DNA of 54,403 bases from an uncultured Candidatus Bathyarchaeia archaeon. Its GTDB lineage: Archaea; Thermoproteota; Bathyarchaeia; 40CM-2-53-6; CAVXDP01. This document shows, piece after piece, positions 36,148 to 45,311 of the stretch. The notes below the pieces were generated by a model. That model was not told the DNA's origin. It searched no databases and worked only from the letters and a program-made list of their open reading frames with translations. How positions within the stretch are numbered: position 1 is the first letter of the stretch; each line of letters opens with the position of its first letter. The stretch lies in contig CAZLVF010000006.1 in the NCBI GenBank assembly GCA_964562925.1, forward strand, positions 9,319-63,721. The letters are read 5' to 3'. Position numbers and translations under genes: made by a program.

Positions 36148-36732
36148 TTATTGGCTAACATCGTCGAAACCTATGAGAACCGTTCCGAAGACGCCTTCCC
36201 GGGTTTCGAATTCAAACCAGCCTTTTATGACTTGGTCGCTCTCGCCGCAAGGTTCGCCGAGAACTAGGTTCGTAAAGATGGATTCCTTCGATGTTTCTGT
36301 ACTTGTTGGCGTGTGGACTATCACGAGTTGGTCAAGTTCAGTCTTCCCTTTGGGTAGCTTCTTCCTGAAGACAGCGAAGTTGTCCCAGAGAAAGACGTTG
36401 TCCTTCGATTCTCTTAGAGCTTCGAGCCTCTCGCTCTCGTAGAGTTCTTCTCCTACTAGGTCGTCTTTGTACATCATCCTCATACGAGGCAATGGAAGAT
36501 ACTTGAACTCTCCCCCCTTGGTAACTATTGCTAGCGTATGCCTTCTTGAGATGGCGTCTCTAGCAGCCCTGTTATAGGTTCTGCACATTCCCATGAACTT
36601 CTTCTCCTCGTTCCTACTCTCAATTTCCAACAGCGATCTCTTCTCAGCATCATCAAGAATCTTAAGCCGTACCACGCCATCGAGCTTTCCGAAGAAATCC
36701 AACGCCTTCCCCAAGCATCTCACCAGAGCCAA
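36148..36732 (-). CDS. hypothetical protein
   Basis: 194-aa ORF with normal-looking composition and no motif I recognise. It is divergent from the SMC-like operon across a 149-bp spacer. Confidence 0.5.
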   Translation of the reverse strand: MALVRCLGKALDFFGKLDGVVRLKILDDAEKRSLLEIESRNEEKKFMGMCRTYNRAARDAISRRHTLAIVTKGGEFKYLPLPRMRMMYKDDLVGEELYESERLEALRESKDNVFLWDNFAVFRKKLPKGKTELDQLVIVHTPTSTETSKESIFTNLVLGEPCGESDQVIKGWFEFETREGVFGTVLIGFDDVSQ

Positions 36733-36881
36733 ACCACTACATTACTTTGCATCAGGCCTTGAAAGAGCTTACGGCTAGGGCCAGCAGGCTATCAGTGACA
36801 GCATCGACTTCCTTAGTGGATAGCGCTTGGTTTTTTACTATGCGTTAACTTCGTAACCGTATTGCCGGTAGCAGATAGCGA

Positions 36882-38822
36882 ATGATAAAAGGCATCACCC
36901 TTCAGAACTTCATGTCTTACGACCACGCGTATGTACCACTGGAGCAGGGGCTAAACCTTATCTGCGGCCCCAACGGCGCCGGCAAATCCTCTATACTCTT
37001 GGCCATATCGGTTGTTCTAGGCCAAACCTACACCGAACGCGCTAGGAGACTGAGCGACCTCATCAGACGAGGCCAAGACCAAGCTAGAATAACGATACAA
37101 TTCGACAACACACCGAAGCAGGGACGCAGACCCTTCTCCCAGTATCATATGGATACGGTGAGTGTAACAAGGGTTCTGAAACGCACAGGCGACTACATGT
37201 ATCTGATCCAGAATCGCCCCGCGTCGAAGACTACCGTACTTGAAGCGCTTAACAGGCTTGGACTGAACCCGGACAATATGTTGGTCATAATGCACCAGTT
37301 GATGGTTGGAAGGTTTAGCTCCATATCCGCTCAAGAAAAGCTTCGGATGCTTGAAGAAGTCGTCGGCTTCGAATCGTATCGAACCGACGTGCTTGAGGGA
37401 CAGCATCGGTTAGGGCAGGCTTCAAGCGAAGAAGAAAACCTCGTGAATATCCTCCGGTCCACACAAGAGACCTACGATTATTGGAAGAGAGAGTACGCCA
37501 AGTATCAAAGAAAGAAAGAGCTCCAGTCAAGACTCGATGAGCTACAGAGAGAACTTCTCTGGGCAAAAGTCGAGAAGAAGGAAGGAGCGCTATCCAAACT
37601 CGAAGATAGAATCAACCGTCTGAAACGTTCACTCGAAACTACCGGTCTGAAGGCTTCCGAGGCGAAGGATGAGAGAGAAAAGCACAGTCAAGAATTGGCC
37701 TCAAGCAGGAAGAGGATGAAATCACTGCGGGACGATCAGTTGGCGGAGACTCGAAACGTTGCGATACATGAGACAAACCTCGAATGGATCTCAAAGCTAA
37801 CTATATCCAACCTAGCTGAAAACCGACCTAGTCATCTGGATGAAAACTCGACACAAGTAGTTGACGGCCCGGAAACGATCGTAGACGATGCGCGTCGACT
37901 GGAAGAGCTTCAAAAACTGAAAGAATCCAATCGAAGACTTGAGTCGATCACGGCAGACATAGCTAAACTCGCAGATCAAATAGACCAGGATCTCGCATCC
38001 GTCGTAGACTCCAGCGTTAGATCTGAGGTCGAGTCTTTCAAGATCGGACTGCTCAAAGAGCAGATCGAGCATTTAGAAGCTGAGAGGATTGCAGCACTTG
38101 AGGAGCTGGAACCTCTCAGAACTGAGGCTGAGAAGCTTGGTTCTAGAATCAAGACATCACGAAGAAACTTGGATATAGTGGCTGAGATCAACACGGTCCA
38201 GGAGCAACTCAAGCCATATGCCAACGTTTCCGAAGATGTGGAGAAGATGTTTACGTCCTACACCGGGATGCTTGAAGACCTGAAGGAGAAGGCTGAGCTT
38301 GTCAAGAGGAATAAGCAAGAAGTCCAGGAAGAGTTGAACAAGCGCCTAGAAAAATGGAGGGAGGTAATCGAACAGTTCTTCGACCAGCTAAGCGAGAGAT
38401 ATAGCGATCTCCTAGCTGAGGTTGGAGGAAGTGGAGCCGTCAGGCTGACCAACGGGCACGATATCGAGAAAGCTGGCATCGATCTTCTGGTGGGCTTCAA
38501 GGGTAGCGGTCCGATGCCTCTGGACTCTTTTACTCAGAGCGGAGGTGAACGGAGCGTGGCCCTCATGGCGTTCCTGCTTGCACTTCAACAGTACGTGACC
38601 TGTCCCTTCCGTGGAATCGACGAGTTCGATGTTCATATGGATCCAAGGAATAGGGAGGCTGTCTCAAGGCTGATCGTCTCAAGCTTCGCGGGAACAAGAA
38701 ACGGGCAGTATGTAGCTATCACTCCAAGCCAAGTCGTAATCAAGGATAGTGACGTACACGTTATAGTCGTACAGAATATTGAAGGCCGGTCCATAGTCAG
38801 CGAGGTGAGGCGGAATGATTGA
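36882..38822 (+). CDS. short SMC-like ABC ATPase with Smc5/Smc6-like head motifs, no hinge, no zinc hook
   Basis: 646 aa. The N-terminal head has ITLQNFMSYDHAYVPLEQGLNLICGPNGAGKSS (Walker A, nt 36966-36992) and the Q-loop region NPDNMLVIMHQ. About 335 aa are coiled-coil-like, with a ~35-aa Pro/Gly-containing apex (aa ~300-335). The C-terminal head is QSGGERSVALMAFLLALQQYVTCPFRGIDEFDVHMDPRNRE...GQYVAITPSQV. There is no CxxC. Confidence 0.85.
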   Translation: MIKGITLQNFMSYDHAYVPLEQGLNLICGPNGAGKSSILLAISVVLGQTYTERARRLSDLIRRGQDQARITIQFDNTPKQGRRPFSQYHMDTVSVTRVLKRTGDYMYLIQNRPASKTTVLEALNRLGLNPDNMLVIMHQLMVGRFSSISAQEKLRMLEEVVGFESYRTDVLEGQHRLGQASSEEENLVNILRSTQETYDYWKREYAKYQRKKELQSRLDELQRELLWAKVEKKEGALSKLEDRINRLKRSLETTGLKASEAKDEREKHSQELASSRKRMKSLRDDQLAETRNVAIHETNLEWISKLTISNLAENRPSHLDENSTQVVDGPETIVDDARRLEELQKLKESNRRLESITADIAKLADQIDQDLASVVDSSVRSEVESFKIGLLKEQIEHLEAERIAALEELEPLRTEAEKLGSRIKTSRRNLDIVAEINTVQEQLKPYANVSEDVEKMFTSYTGMLEDLKEKAELVKRNKQEVQEELNKRLEKWREVIEQFFDQLSERYSDLLAEVGGSGAVRLTNGHDIEKAGIDLLVGFKGSGPMPLDSFTQSGGERSVALMAFLLALQQYVTCPFRGIDEFDVHMDPRNREAVSRLIVSSFAGTRNGQYVAITPSQVVIKDSDVHVIVVQNIEGRSIVSEVRRND

Positions 38823-39618
38823 AGAAGGGAACGCGCGGAGCGGGGTCTACCTAGCCTCAGGCAGAACAGAGGTCAGGGAGGTCTTAGAGACATGCGAAGC
38901 GATTCAGAAGAGGAAGTTCAATCCATTTCTATTAGATGTGGAACGTGCAGTAGCGACCCTGAGAAAGTACTTTTCCCGTTGGAAAACGTTCAACGACCAT
39001 TGCCTCGACGCTCGAACCCTCAACAGCCTCACTGAAGTCGTCAGACTTCAGAATAGCCAGCTGAGATATCAGTCGAGTACGCTCTACACTGACCCGAAGC
39101 TCCTCTCTGATAAACTCAGATCTCTCTCGGTCGAGGGTCTCGCCCGGATCTTCCTGAAGAGCTGGCATCCCATAGTTGAGCTTGAGCAGCTTGCGACGAC
39201 TACGGTTAAGGAAGCGCTCCACTATTGGGACACATTGCTCCCCTTTGATGTTAGACGGAAGAGGCTGGAGGCTCGCGAGGCGTGTTCGCCTTTAGCACTT
39301 GACTTGGAGAGTCTGGAGAGTATGGGTATCACCGCTGAGCAGACGTTCTCCGAATCGCTTGAGAAGTTCTGGATGGAGATGAGGCGACATGCTGAGCAAA
39401 GCGGGAAGCTCAGCTACTGGGAGTTTGTGAAGCGTGATAGCTTTGAAGAGACAGCCGCAAGAGCCTATTTCGTCAGTTTTCTGGTCACTTATGGTTATGC
39501 GACTTTGGAGAAACGTGAAAAAGACCTGTTTCTCACACCTCACACCCGAAGGGTGAGGCTCGACCTCGGGAGACTCGTAAGCTTCCCAATTAGCCTCAAG
39601 CCTGGGGAAAGAAGGTAG
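38815..39618 (+). CDS. ScpA-like kleisin paralogue
   Basis: 267 aa. The ATG overlaps the upstream stop by 8 nt. It has block-wise similarity to the canonical ScpA in this window: NPFLLDVERAVATLRKYF vs KPWDVNLTNILNSFLAQM, and FEETAARAYFVSFLVTYGYATLEKREKDLFL vs FLDIVRDFIMLLFLAIQGKITLQQDQEFGDI (C-terminal winged helix). Confidence 0.6.
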   Translation: MIEEGNARSGVYLASGRTEVREVLETCEAIQKRKFNPFLLDVERAVATLRKYFSRWKTFNDHCLDARTLNSLTEVVRLQNSQLRYQSSTLYTDPKLLSDKLRSLSVEGLARIFLKSWHPIVELEQLATTTVKEALHYWDTLLPFDVRRKRLEAREACSPLALDLESLESMGITAEQTFSESLEKFWMEMRRHAEQSGKLSYWEFVKRDSFEETAARAYFVSFLVTYGYATLEKREKDLFLTPHTRRVRLDLGRLVSFPISLKPGERR

Positions 39619-39636
39619 AGACTTAGGAGAACAAGG

Positions 39637-40254
39637 TTGACTCAGCAGAGCGAATCCAACCCACACTTCTACGCTGAGAAGCTCAAGCGGGCAGCTCATC
39701 TACTGTTCTTTAAGCGAGGAAAGGTTCCAGGTGCTAGAGAATGGGAACTGAAAGCGAGACTAGGAAAGAACTACGAAGAGATCCTAACCGACTTGAACAG
39801 GGTTCTAGAAGATCTTGACCTCGAAGTGAAGAGAGCCAGAGATGAAGCCTCTTACAGAGCACCTGATCCCTTATCGGTCGATGAAGAATCTGAGGATCGA
39901 TTTCTTATCCGATTGAAGAGTGAGATGACCCTAACTGAATCTAGGCTCTGCGGCTGGAGGATTGACAACCTCGCGGCTCTTACGATGGCTATAGCCTACG
40001 TGATATCTAAGCAGGGAAAGGCTCCGAGGGCTGAGGTTGAGCAGGATCTCTCGTACAAGTTTGGAAGATGGCGATCGATGAACCTTACTGACATCTTCAT
40101 CAGGACAGGATACCTGAGGGAGGACGAGGAAGGTCTTCTGAGATTGGGTTGGAGAACAAAATCAGAGGTGGATCTGAGAGCTTTGATGACTCTTCTTCTG
40201 GAGGCCAAACCAGAACAACCTCCACCGGAGTCTCAGACAATTGGGAATGATTGA
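39637..40254 (+). CDS. tandem winged-helix kite-like protein (ScpB/MAGE-Nse-like)
   Basis: 205 aa with a TTG start 18 nt after the kleisin stop. There are two WH-like halves: AAHLLFFKRGKVPGAREWELKARLG..NYEEILTDLNRVLEDLDLEV...RFLIRLKSE, and LAALTMAIAYVISKQGKAPRAEVEQDL....MNLTDIFIRTGYLREDEEGLLRLGWRT. This mirrors the ScpB layout. Confidence 0.55.
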   Translation: MTQQSESNPHFYAEKLKRAAHLLFFKRGKVPGAREWELKARLGKNYEEILTDLNRVLEDLDLEVKRARDEASYRAPDPLSVDEESEDRFLIRLKSEMTLTESRLCGWRIDNLAALTMAIAYVISKQGKAPRAEVEQDLSYKFGRWRSMNLTDIFIRTGYLREDEEGLLRLGWRTKSEVDLRALMTLLLEAKPEQPPPESQTIGND

Positions 40255-40437
40255 TGCCGTCTTCGTCTCCACTATGGTCAAGTAATTTGCAAACATAGAT
40301 CTTGAACCTGTCATTTTCAAGGCTAGTAGTCCAGCTATTTTGTACACTCTAGATGCCATACGATACGCGATCAACCCATACGGTTTATTCGTTGATTTAG
40401 CGTACAACATAGCTGCGCCCTCTGAGTGAGTTAGCAG

Positions 40438-41559
40438 ATGAGAGTGGCAATCATACACCCACACCTCTTCGTAAGGGGCGGAGGTGAACGTTTGACGAAG
40501 ATTCTTGCTACGGGTTTGGAGATGATGGGGGACGAGGTCTCGATAACCACGCACTCACTGGAAGGAGGCTTCCCTGAGTTGAATGAGGTGAGAAAGAAGT
40601 ACTTCTTCAAAACTTCCTCTACCCCATTGAAGAGCGCCATCCTGAAGAATCTGGCTGGGATAGCCCTATCGATTAAGGAGACGATTAGACGATTCGATCC
40701 GCATGTGGTTGTGGCCATGACGGAAGATGTTGTGAACCTTGCCTTTGTCAAACTTGTTAAAAGGAAACTCAGGACGATACAATATGTTCACTTTCCCATC
40801 GAAGAAGAATCGGGCTTTTCAAACCTCTACACAGACTACTGCAGGTTTCCTAGCTGGTTTAACAAGAGGTTCCTATGGGCTGCGGACTTCATTTCATGCA
40901 ATTCGAGATACACGCAAGCAGCTATTGATAGAGTCTGGAAAAAGGCTGCCGATGTAATTTATCCAGGGATCGATTATCCATTCACGGTGAAGCCTGACAA
41001 TATCGGCAGAGATCGTGAGAATATTGTGCTGTGCGCTGGAAGGTTTACCAAACTGAAGAGACAAGACTTTCTGGTGAGAGCGTTTCGAAGAGTGAGAGAG
41101 AAGGTTAGAGATGCCAGGTTGATTCTTGCAGGCTATCCGGACGGGCGTCACAGCTGCTTCTTGAAAAATTTAGTAAACCCTGGAGAAGAGGCTGTTGAGA
41201 TACATCTCAACCCCTCCGATCATGAATTGATTCAGTTGTATCGTAGTGCTAAGGTCTATTGTCACCCTAGGATCGCTGAGCACTTTGGCTTGACGCCTCT
41301 CGAGGCTATGAGTCAAGGCGCACCAGTTGTAGCTTATGATCTTGGAGGGGTACGAGAGACAGTCGTCGATGGAGAGACAGGCTACCTAGCTCAAAACGAT
41401 GAAGAGTTTACGAGGTACATATCCAAGGTGTTACGATCAGGGCACAGTGAATGGATAGAAATGCAAAGTAAGGCTGTAGAGAGAGCACTGCTGTTCTCAC
41501 CGGATCTTTTCATTGCGAGGTTCAGGGCGCTTGCAATGTCTGGTATCGGGCCATGCTAG
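40438..41559 (+). CDS. glycosyltransferase family 4 (GT-B)
   Basis: The N-terminus is MRVAIIHPHLFVRGGGERL. The C-terminal half contains EHFGLTPLEAMSQGAPVVAYDLGGVRETVVDGETGYL (E-x7-E region). Confidence 0.85.
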   Translation: MRVAIIHPHLFVRGGGERLTKILATGLEMMGDEVSITTHSLEGGFPELNEVRKKYFFKTSSTPLKSAILKNLAGIALSIKETIRRFDPHVVVAMTEDVVNLAFVKLVKRKLRTIQYVHFPIEEESGFSNLYTDYCRFPSWFNKRFLWAADFISCNSRYTQAAIDRVWKKAADVIYPGIDYPFTVKPDNIGRDRENIVLCAGRFTKLKRQDFLVRAFRRVREKVRDARLILAGYPDGRHSCFLKNLVNPGEEAVEIHLNPSDHELIQLYRSAKVYCHPRIAEHFGLTPLEAMSQGAPVVAYDLGGVRETVVDGETGYLAQNDEEFTRYISKVLRSGHSEWIEMQSKAVERALLFSPDLFIARFRALAMSGIGPC

Positions 41560-42707
41560 AGGTATGTTTCGTATCGACATATCCTCCAATGCAGTGTGGG
41601 ATCGCAAACTACACGCACGGTCTAGTTCACGCTCTCATTAACAGCAGAAAAGTTCGAGCTATCGTCATAACGGAGAGAACCGGAGAACCCCCGGTTCGCG
41701 GGAACACCCTATGCATTCCAAGCTTCAATAGAAGCGAGGACTACGTCGAGGATATCCTACATTCGATAGTCGAAACTCGGCCAGACATCGTTCACATCCA
41801 ACATGACTACACTCTCTATGGATTAAGTGATCGTTTTTTCAATCTTCTCAAAAGGATTGGGTTGAATCTTGTTGTCACTATGCATGAGGTTCACACTCCA
41901 GCGACGATTGAAAAAATCGGTTACGGCGTTGAAAACTTGGCTAGGAACCATGCGGAACTTGGCAAACTCGTCACAAAGATTGTCACTCACTCAGACACTA
42001 TGAAAAGGTGGCTGGTAGAATATGGTGTCGAGGCCCGTAAGGTGGAAGTCATACCACACGGGACAACTGTACTGCCAAGAGTTAACAGAGCCCAAGCGAA
42101 GAGAGCGGTTGGCTTTTCGGAAAAGGATAGGGTAATCCTCTCTTTAGGTTTCATCAGACGATTCAAGAACGATCGTCTCTTGATAGAGGCTCTGCCAGAG
42201 GTGCTCAAAGAGGTTCCAAACTCACACCTCCTCCTTGTCGGTGGCCTCCATCCATACTCCTCACCCAAAGATGTGGAAGAGGCACAAACGCGTAGATCCA
42301 TGGTCCACAGACTAGGGTTGGATCGCCATGTAAGGTTCGTAGAGCGATACGTAAATGAGAGAGAGATGCACGGTATCCTCGGCTGTGCTGACGTTCTCGT
42401 CTACCTGCATGACAAGCCGTACGTCGAGGTTAGTGGTGCAGTTCACCTTGGCATAGGCGCGGGTAAACCTATAGTCGCCACGTCGGTCACTAGGTTCGAG
42501 GAGGTTCAGAAAATTTCGCCCGAGACGGTTCTGACCCCAGGCAACACTCGGCTGCTAGCCGAGATCCTATCAAGAGTATTGACCGACAACAATTTCGCTA
42601 GTGATCTGGCAAGGCGTACGAAGGCCTACGCCCGTCAGACCAGTTGGAACGAGGTTGCAGAACATCATTACCTAATGTACCGAGAGATGCAAGGCCATGC
42701 CAACTAA
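41553..42707 (+). CDS. glycosyltransferase family 4 (GT-B)
   Basis: Contains VCFVSTYPPMQCGIANYT and LLLVGGLHP...VSGAVHLGIGAGKPIVAT. It overlaps the previous gene by 7 nt. Confidence 0.8.
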   Translation: MLEVCFVSTYPPMQCGIANYTHGLVHALINSRKVRAIVITERTGEPPVRGNTLCIPSFNRSEDYVEDILHSIVETRPDIVHIQHDYTLYGLSDRFFNLLKRIGLNLVVTMHEVHTPATIEKIGYGVENLARNHAELGKLVTKIVTHSDTMKRWLVEYGVEARKVEVIPHGTTVLPRVNRAQAKRAVGFSEKDRVILSLGFIRRFKNDRLLIEALPEVLKEVPNSHLLLVGGLHPYSSPKDVEEAQTRRSMVHRLGLDRHVRFVERYVNEREMHGILGCADVLVYLHDKPYVEVSGAVHLGIGAGKPIVATSVTRFEEVQKISPETVLTPGNTRLLAEILSRVLTDNNFASDLARRTKAYARQTSWNEVAEHHYLMYREMQGHAN

Positions 42708-43229
42708 ACTGTGCTGATTAACCCCGGATTTATGTTCGGATATGACCCGCTTTCGAGAGCGCAAATGTTACCCTCAATAAAGCGAAAGGCTATCCCGAGG
42801 TTTTCCATGCAAGAGGGGTAAGAGCTTCAGCATCGACCTGAGAACTCCGTATACAAACAAAACATTCAAGATGGACCGCAAAGATCTCATTGACGTTAAG
42901 GAGAGTCATAGCCGCTATGAGAAAGATACATTGGACAAGCCGTCGTAACAGGGAAAGATCTCTTCGGTGCGAAGTCTGTGGAACGAGGGTATGGAAGTGG
43001 AATCTCCGTAGGCATAAGAGGAAAGTCCATCCAGAAGAGAAAAAGTAGACCGAACGATAAGCACAATCAAAAGCGCCGCCTACTCTCGACATCTAGTAAG
43101 CCGAGATGAATCAACTCTCGCGATCCCTAACTGATCTGCTTTTTCTATTACTCGCCTAACCTTACTCGGTTTATTGCTTTGTCTATTGTTAGCCAATAGA
43201 AGCGTAATCGTCGGTGAGGCTAGACCGCT

Positions 43230-44306
43230 TTGAAGATAGGTATGATGACGCCCTGGAACACAAACTCCGGTCCTTCGACGTGTGCCGAACTGATTGGAAG
43301 AGAGTGGATCAAGGCAGGCCATGATCTCACGGTTTTTTCGCATGATGGCTCTGCAACATCGGACGGGATAGTCATACAGGAAGATGAACCGTTTGTTGTA
43401 AGATGCTTCGGGACCTCCTACTGGAAGCATAGGGACTGGTTAGATGCAGCTCCTCTGCTGAGATCTCGCCATGAACTCTTCTTGGTTCAACATCTCTCGA
43501 TCATGCCCCTGCGACAACTGCTTGAAGTCTTTCCCGAGATTCGAGACAAGTCTAAGACTGTACTGGTGATCCACGAGAACAGACTTCCATCCGATCTTCT
43601 ATTCTACCGTTTCTCTTGGGACTCTATAGTCTGTTTTGACGAGCGTTACAAGGCTTTTCTGGTTAAGAGGTTTTCGCCATCAAAGATACACGTTATCCCA
43701 TTTCCCTATCACCCAATTATGCTCGGCGACAATATAGGCTCGAGGCTTGAGCTCGGTTTGCCGCTTGAGGAGAGAATCGTCTTATTCTTTGGTTACAGCT
43801 TGTGGCGTGACGTGCCGGTCCTACCTTTTCTAGCTGAACTCGGGGAAAAGTATCCGATACATGTATTGGCGCTCAGTACGGACGAGCCTAGTCTCGAGCA
43901 GCTTAAGACTGCGAGTAGAGGGTTAGACCTCTCTATAGAGATAAGGAGGGAGGCGCCTCCGCTATCTCAACTCTACAAGTACCTTCATGCCTCAGATGTT
44001 CTCGTCAAGCATGTTGATGAGGAATGGAAAGAGGATGTAGTCTTGCTCTCGAGTACTGTCCAACTATGTCTTGGTTCAGGATGCCCGATGGTTATCTCAG
44101 ATGCGAAGATCTTTGAGAAGTATGACCGGCAGGTTCTGAAGTATCATGTATCAGACCCTGAAGATTTCAAGGCATGTCTTGTCACTGTATTCGAAGAGAA
44201 ACAAGAGCTCTTAGAGCTACGTGAAGCCGTGAGAGAGTGTATTGAAAGGGACTCTGCGCAAGTTGTTGCAGAAAAATACATTAAGCTGTTTGAATCATTG
44301 CAGTGA
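43230..44306 (+). CDS. divergent GT-B-like protein, paralogue A
   Basis: TTG start. (M)KIGMMTPWNTNSGPSTCAELIGREWIKAGHDL resembles GT4 N-termini, but GPS replaces the usual CGI. The C-terminal LLSSTVQLCLGSGCPMVISD lacks an obvious E-x7-E. It is about 40% identical by eye to ORF 45312..46337. Confidence 0.6.
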   Translation: MKIGMMTPWNTNSGPSTCAELIGREWIKAGHDLTVFSHDGSATSDGIVIQEDEPFVVRCFGTSYWKHRDWLDAAPLLRSRHELFLVQHLSIMPLRQLLEVFPEIRDKSKTVLVIHENRLPSDLLFYRFSWDSIVCFDERYKAFLVKRFSPSKIHVIPFPYHPIMLGDNIGSRLELGLPLEERIVLFFGYSLWRDVPVLPFLAELGEKYPIHVLALSTDEPSLEQLKTASRGLDLSIEIRREAPPLSQLYKYLHASDVLVKHVDEEWKEDVVLLSSTVQLCLGSGCPMVISDAKIFEKYDRQVLKYHVSDPEDFKACLVTVFEEKQELLELREAVRECIERDSAQVVAEKYIKLFESLQ

Positions 44307-44331
44307 ACTTCTTGTTTGTTCTTGCCAGTGT

Positions 44332-45291
44332 CTACGGTCTTTTTCCAGATCTCTCAGTCTCCACGTCTTCCAGTGATCCAATCAGTTCCGATACTTCTGC
44401 TGTGGCGAGGCATATGACGGTGTCCGCTCCAGCATAGTAGAGGAAGACTTGATCATCCATAATGACGGCGCCGCATGTGAATACGACGTTTGGAACTATG
44501 CCCTGAACCTCGTACTCTTCTTCCGGTTCGAGTATGGGATCCTTGCTTCTCTTCAGAATCCTTTCCGGATTGTTAAGGTCAACGAGAGCAGCTCCTAGGC
44601 GATAGTGCCACTCCCTGTCCACAGCGTGATAGATGAACAGCCAACCGTCCTTCGTCTTTATCGGTGGTGCACCGCCTCCTAGCTTGAAGTACTCCCACTT
44701 CTCCTTGGGGCTGAGAACTATGCTCGTTTCCTTCCAATTCAAAAGATCGTTCGAATACGCGACCCAGATGTGAGGTGGGATACGATGATACATTACCCAT
44801 CTTCCTCCTATCTTCTCTGGAAAGATACACGCATGTTTGTTATCCACAACGGGAAACGGGTAAACCCTTCTTCCCCAATTCCATCTATGTTCTAGAAAAT
44901 CTCGTGTAGAGATGGAGGTTATCGCTATCTGTATGGAGTCAAATGAAGGAACTAGGCTTGGAACTCTTCCGTAGGCCGTGTAACTGAGATAGATCTTGTC
45001 ACCGATCTCGACCAGTCTAGGGTCTTCGCATCCGTAGCATTCAAGCTCGTTCCCTGGGTCCGGCTCGAAGACGGGGCCGTTCAGTCTCTTCTCTATTTGG
45101 AAACCGTCAGTAGATGAAGCGTAGCCTAGTTTGGAGACGCCACCCTTTGACCCGCGACCCCTGTAAAGGAGGTGAATCTTGTCTGACTTCAGAAGTGCTG
45201 CGCAATTGAACACCATCAGCGACTCCCAAAAATGCCTGCTCACAGGTGTGAGTATAGGGTTTCCTTCGTACCGTTTGAATCTGAAGGGCAT
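44332..45291 (-). CDS. glycoside hydrolase family 130 protein (beta-mannoside phosphorylase/hydrolase type)
   Basis: Contains YEGNPILTP, VFNCAALL..DKIHLLYRG, GYASSTDG, GCEDPRLVEIGDKIYLSYTAY, GGGAPPIKTKDGWLFIYHAV...YRLGAALVDL.NP, NVVFTCGAV and LYYAGADT. Confidence 0.85.
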   Translation of the reverse strand: MPFRFKRYEGNPILTPVSRHFWESLMVFNCAALLKSDKIHLLYRGRGSKGGVSKLGYASSTDGFQIEKRLNGPVFEPDPGNELECYGCEDPRLVEIGDKIYLSYTAYGRVPSLVPSFDSIQIAITSISTRDFLEHRWNWGRRVYPFPVVDNKHACIFPEKIGGRWVMYHRIPPHIWVAYSNDLLNWKETSIVLSPKEKWEYFKLGGGAPPIKTKDGWLFIYHAVDREWHYRLGAALVDLNNPERILKRSKDPILEPEEEYEVQGIVPNVVFTCGAVIMDDQVFLYYAGADTVICLATAEVSELIGSLEDVETERSGKRP

Positions 45292-45311
45292 CTCTCAAAC
45301 CGACCCTGATG

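Noticed and set aside
43018-43028. An exact GAGGAAAGTCC 11-mer, the CR-I/P4 motif of RNase P RNA, on the plus strand in the 520-bp gap between the glycosyltransferase genes.
   Set aside because: The downstream ~250 nt are AT-rich. They lack the other universal elements (no ACAGAA...GGCTTA P4 3' strand complementary to AAGTCCAT, no GGGTGAAA/GGTAAG S-domain blocks). A full-length RNA would also run into the CDS starting at 43230. An 11-mer has a few-percent chance of occurring in a window of this size, so I treat it as chance. An Infernal scan would settle it.
42790-43430. Two minus-strand ORFs (100 and 116 aa) in and around the gap upstream of GT-B-like paralogue A.
   Set aside because: They have Cys/Arg/Leu-rich, non-protein-like translations. 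The second overlaps the start of a better-supported plus-strand gene.
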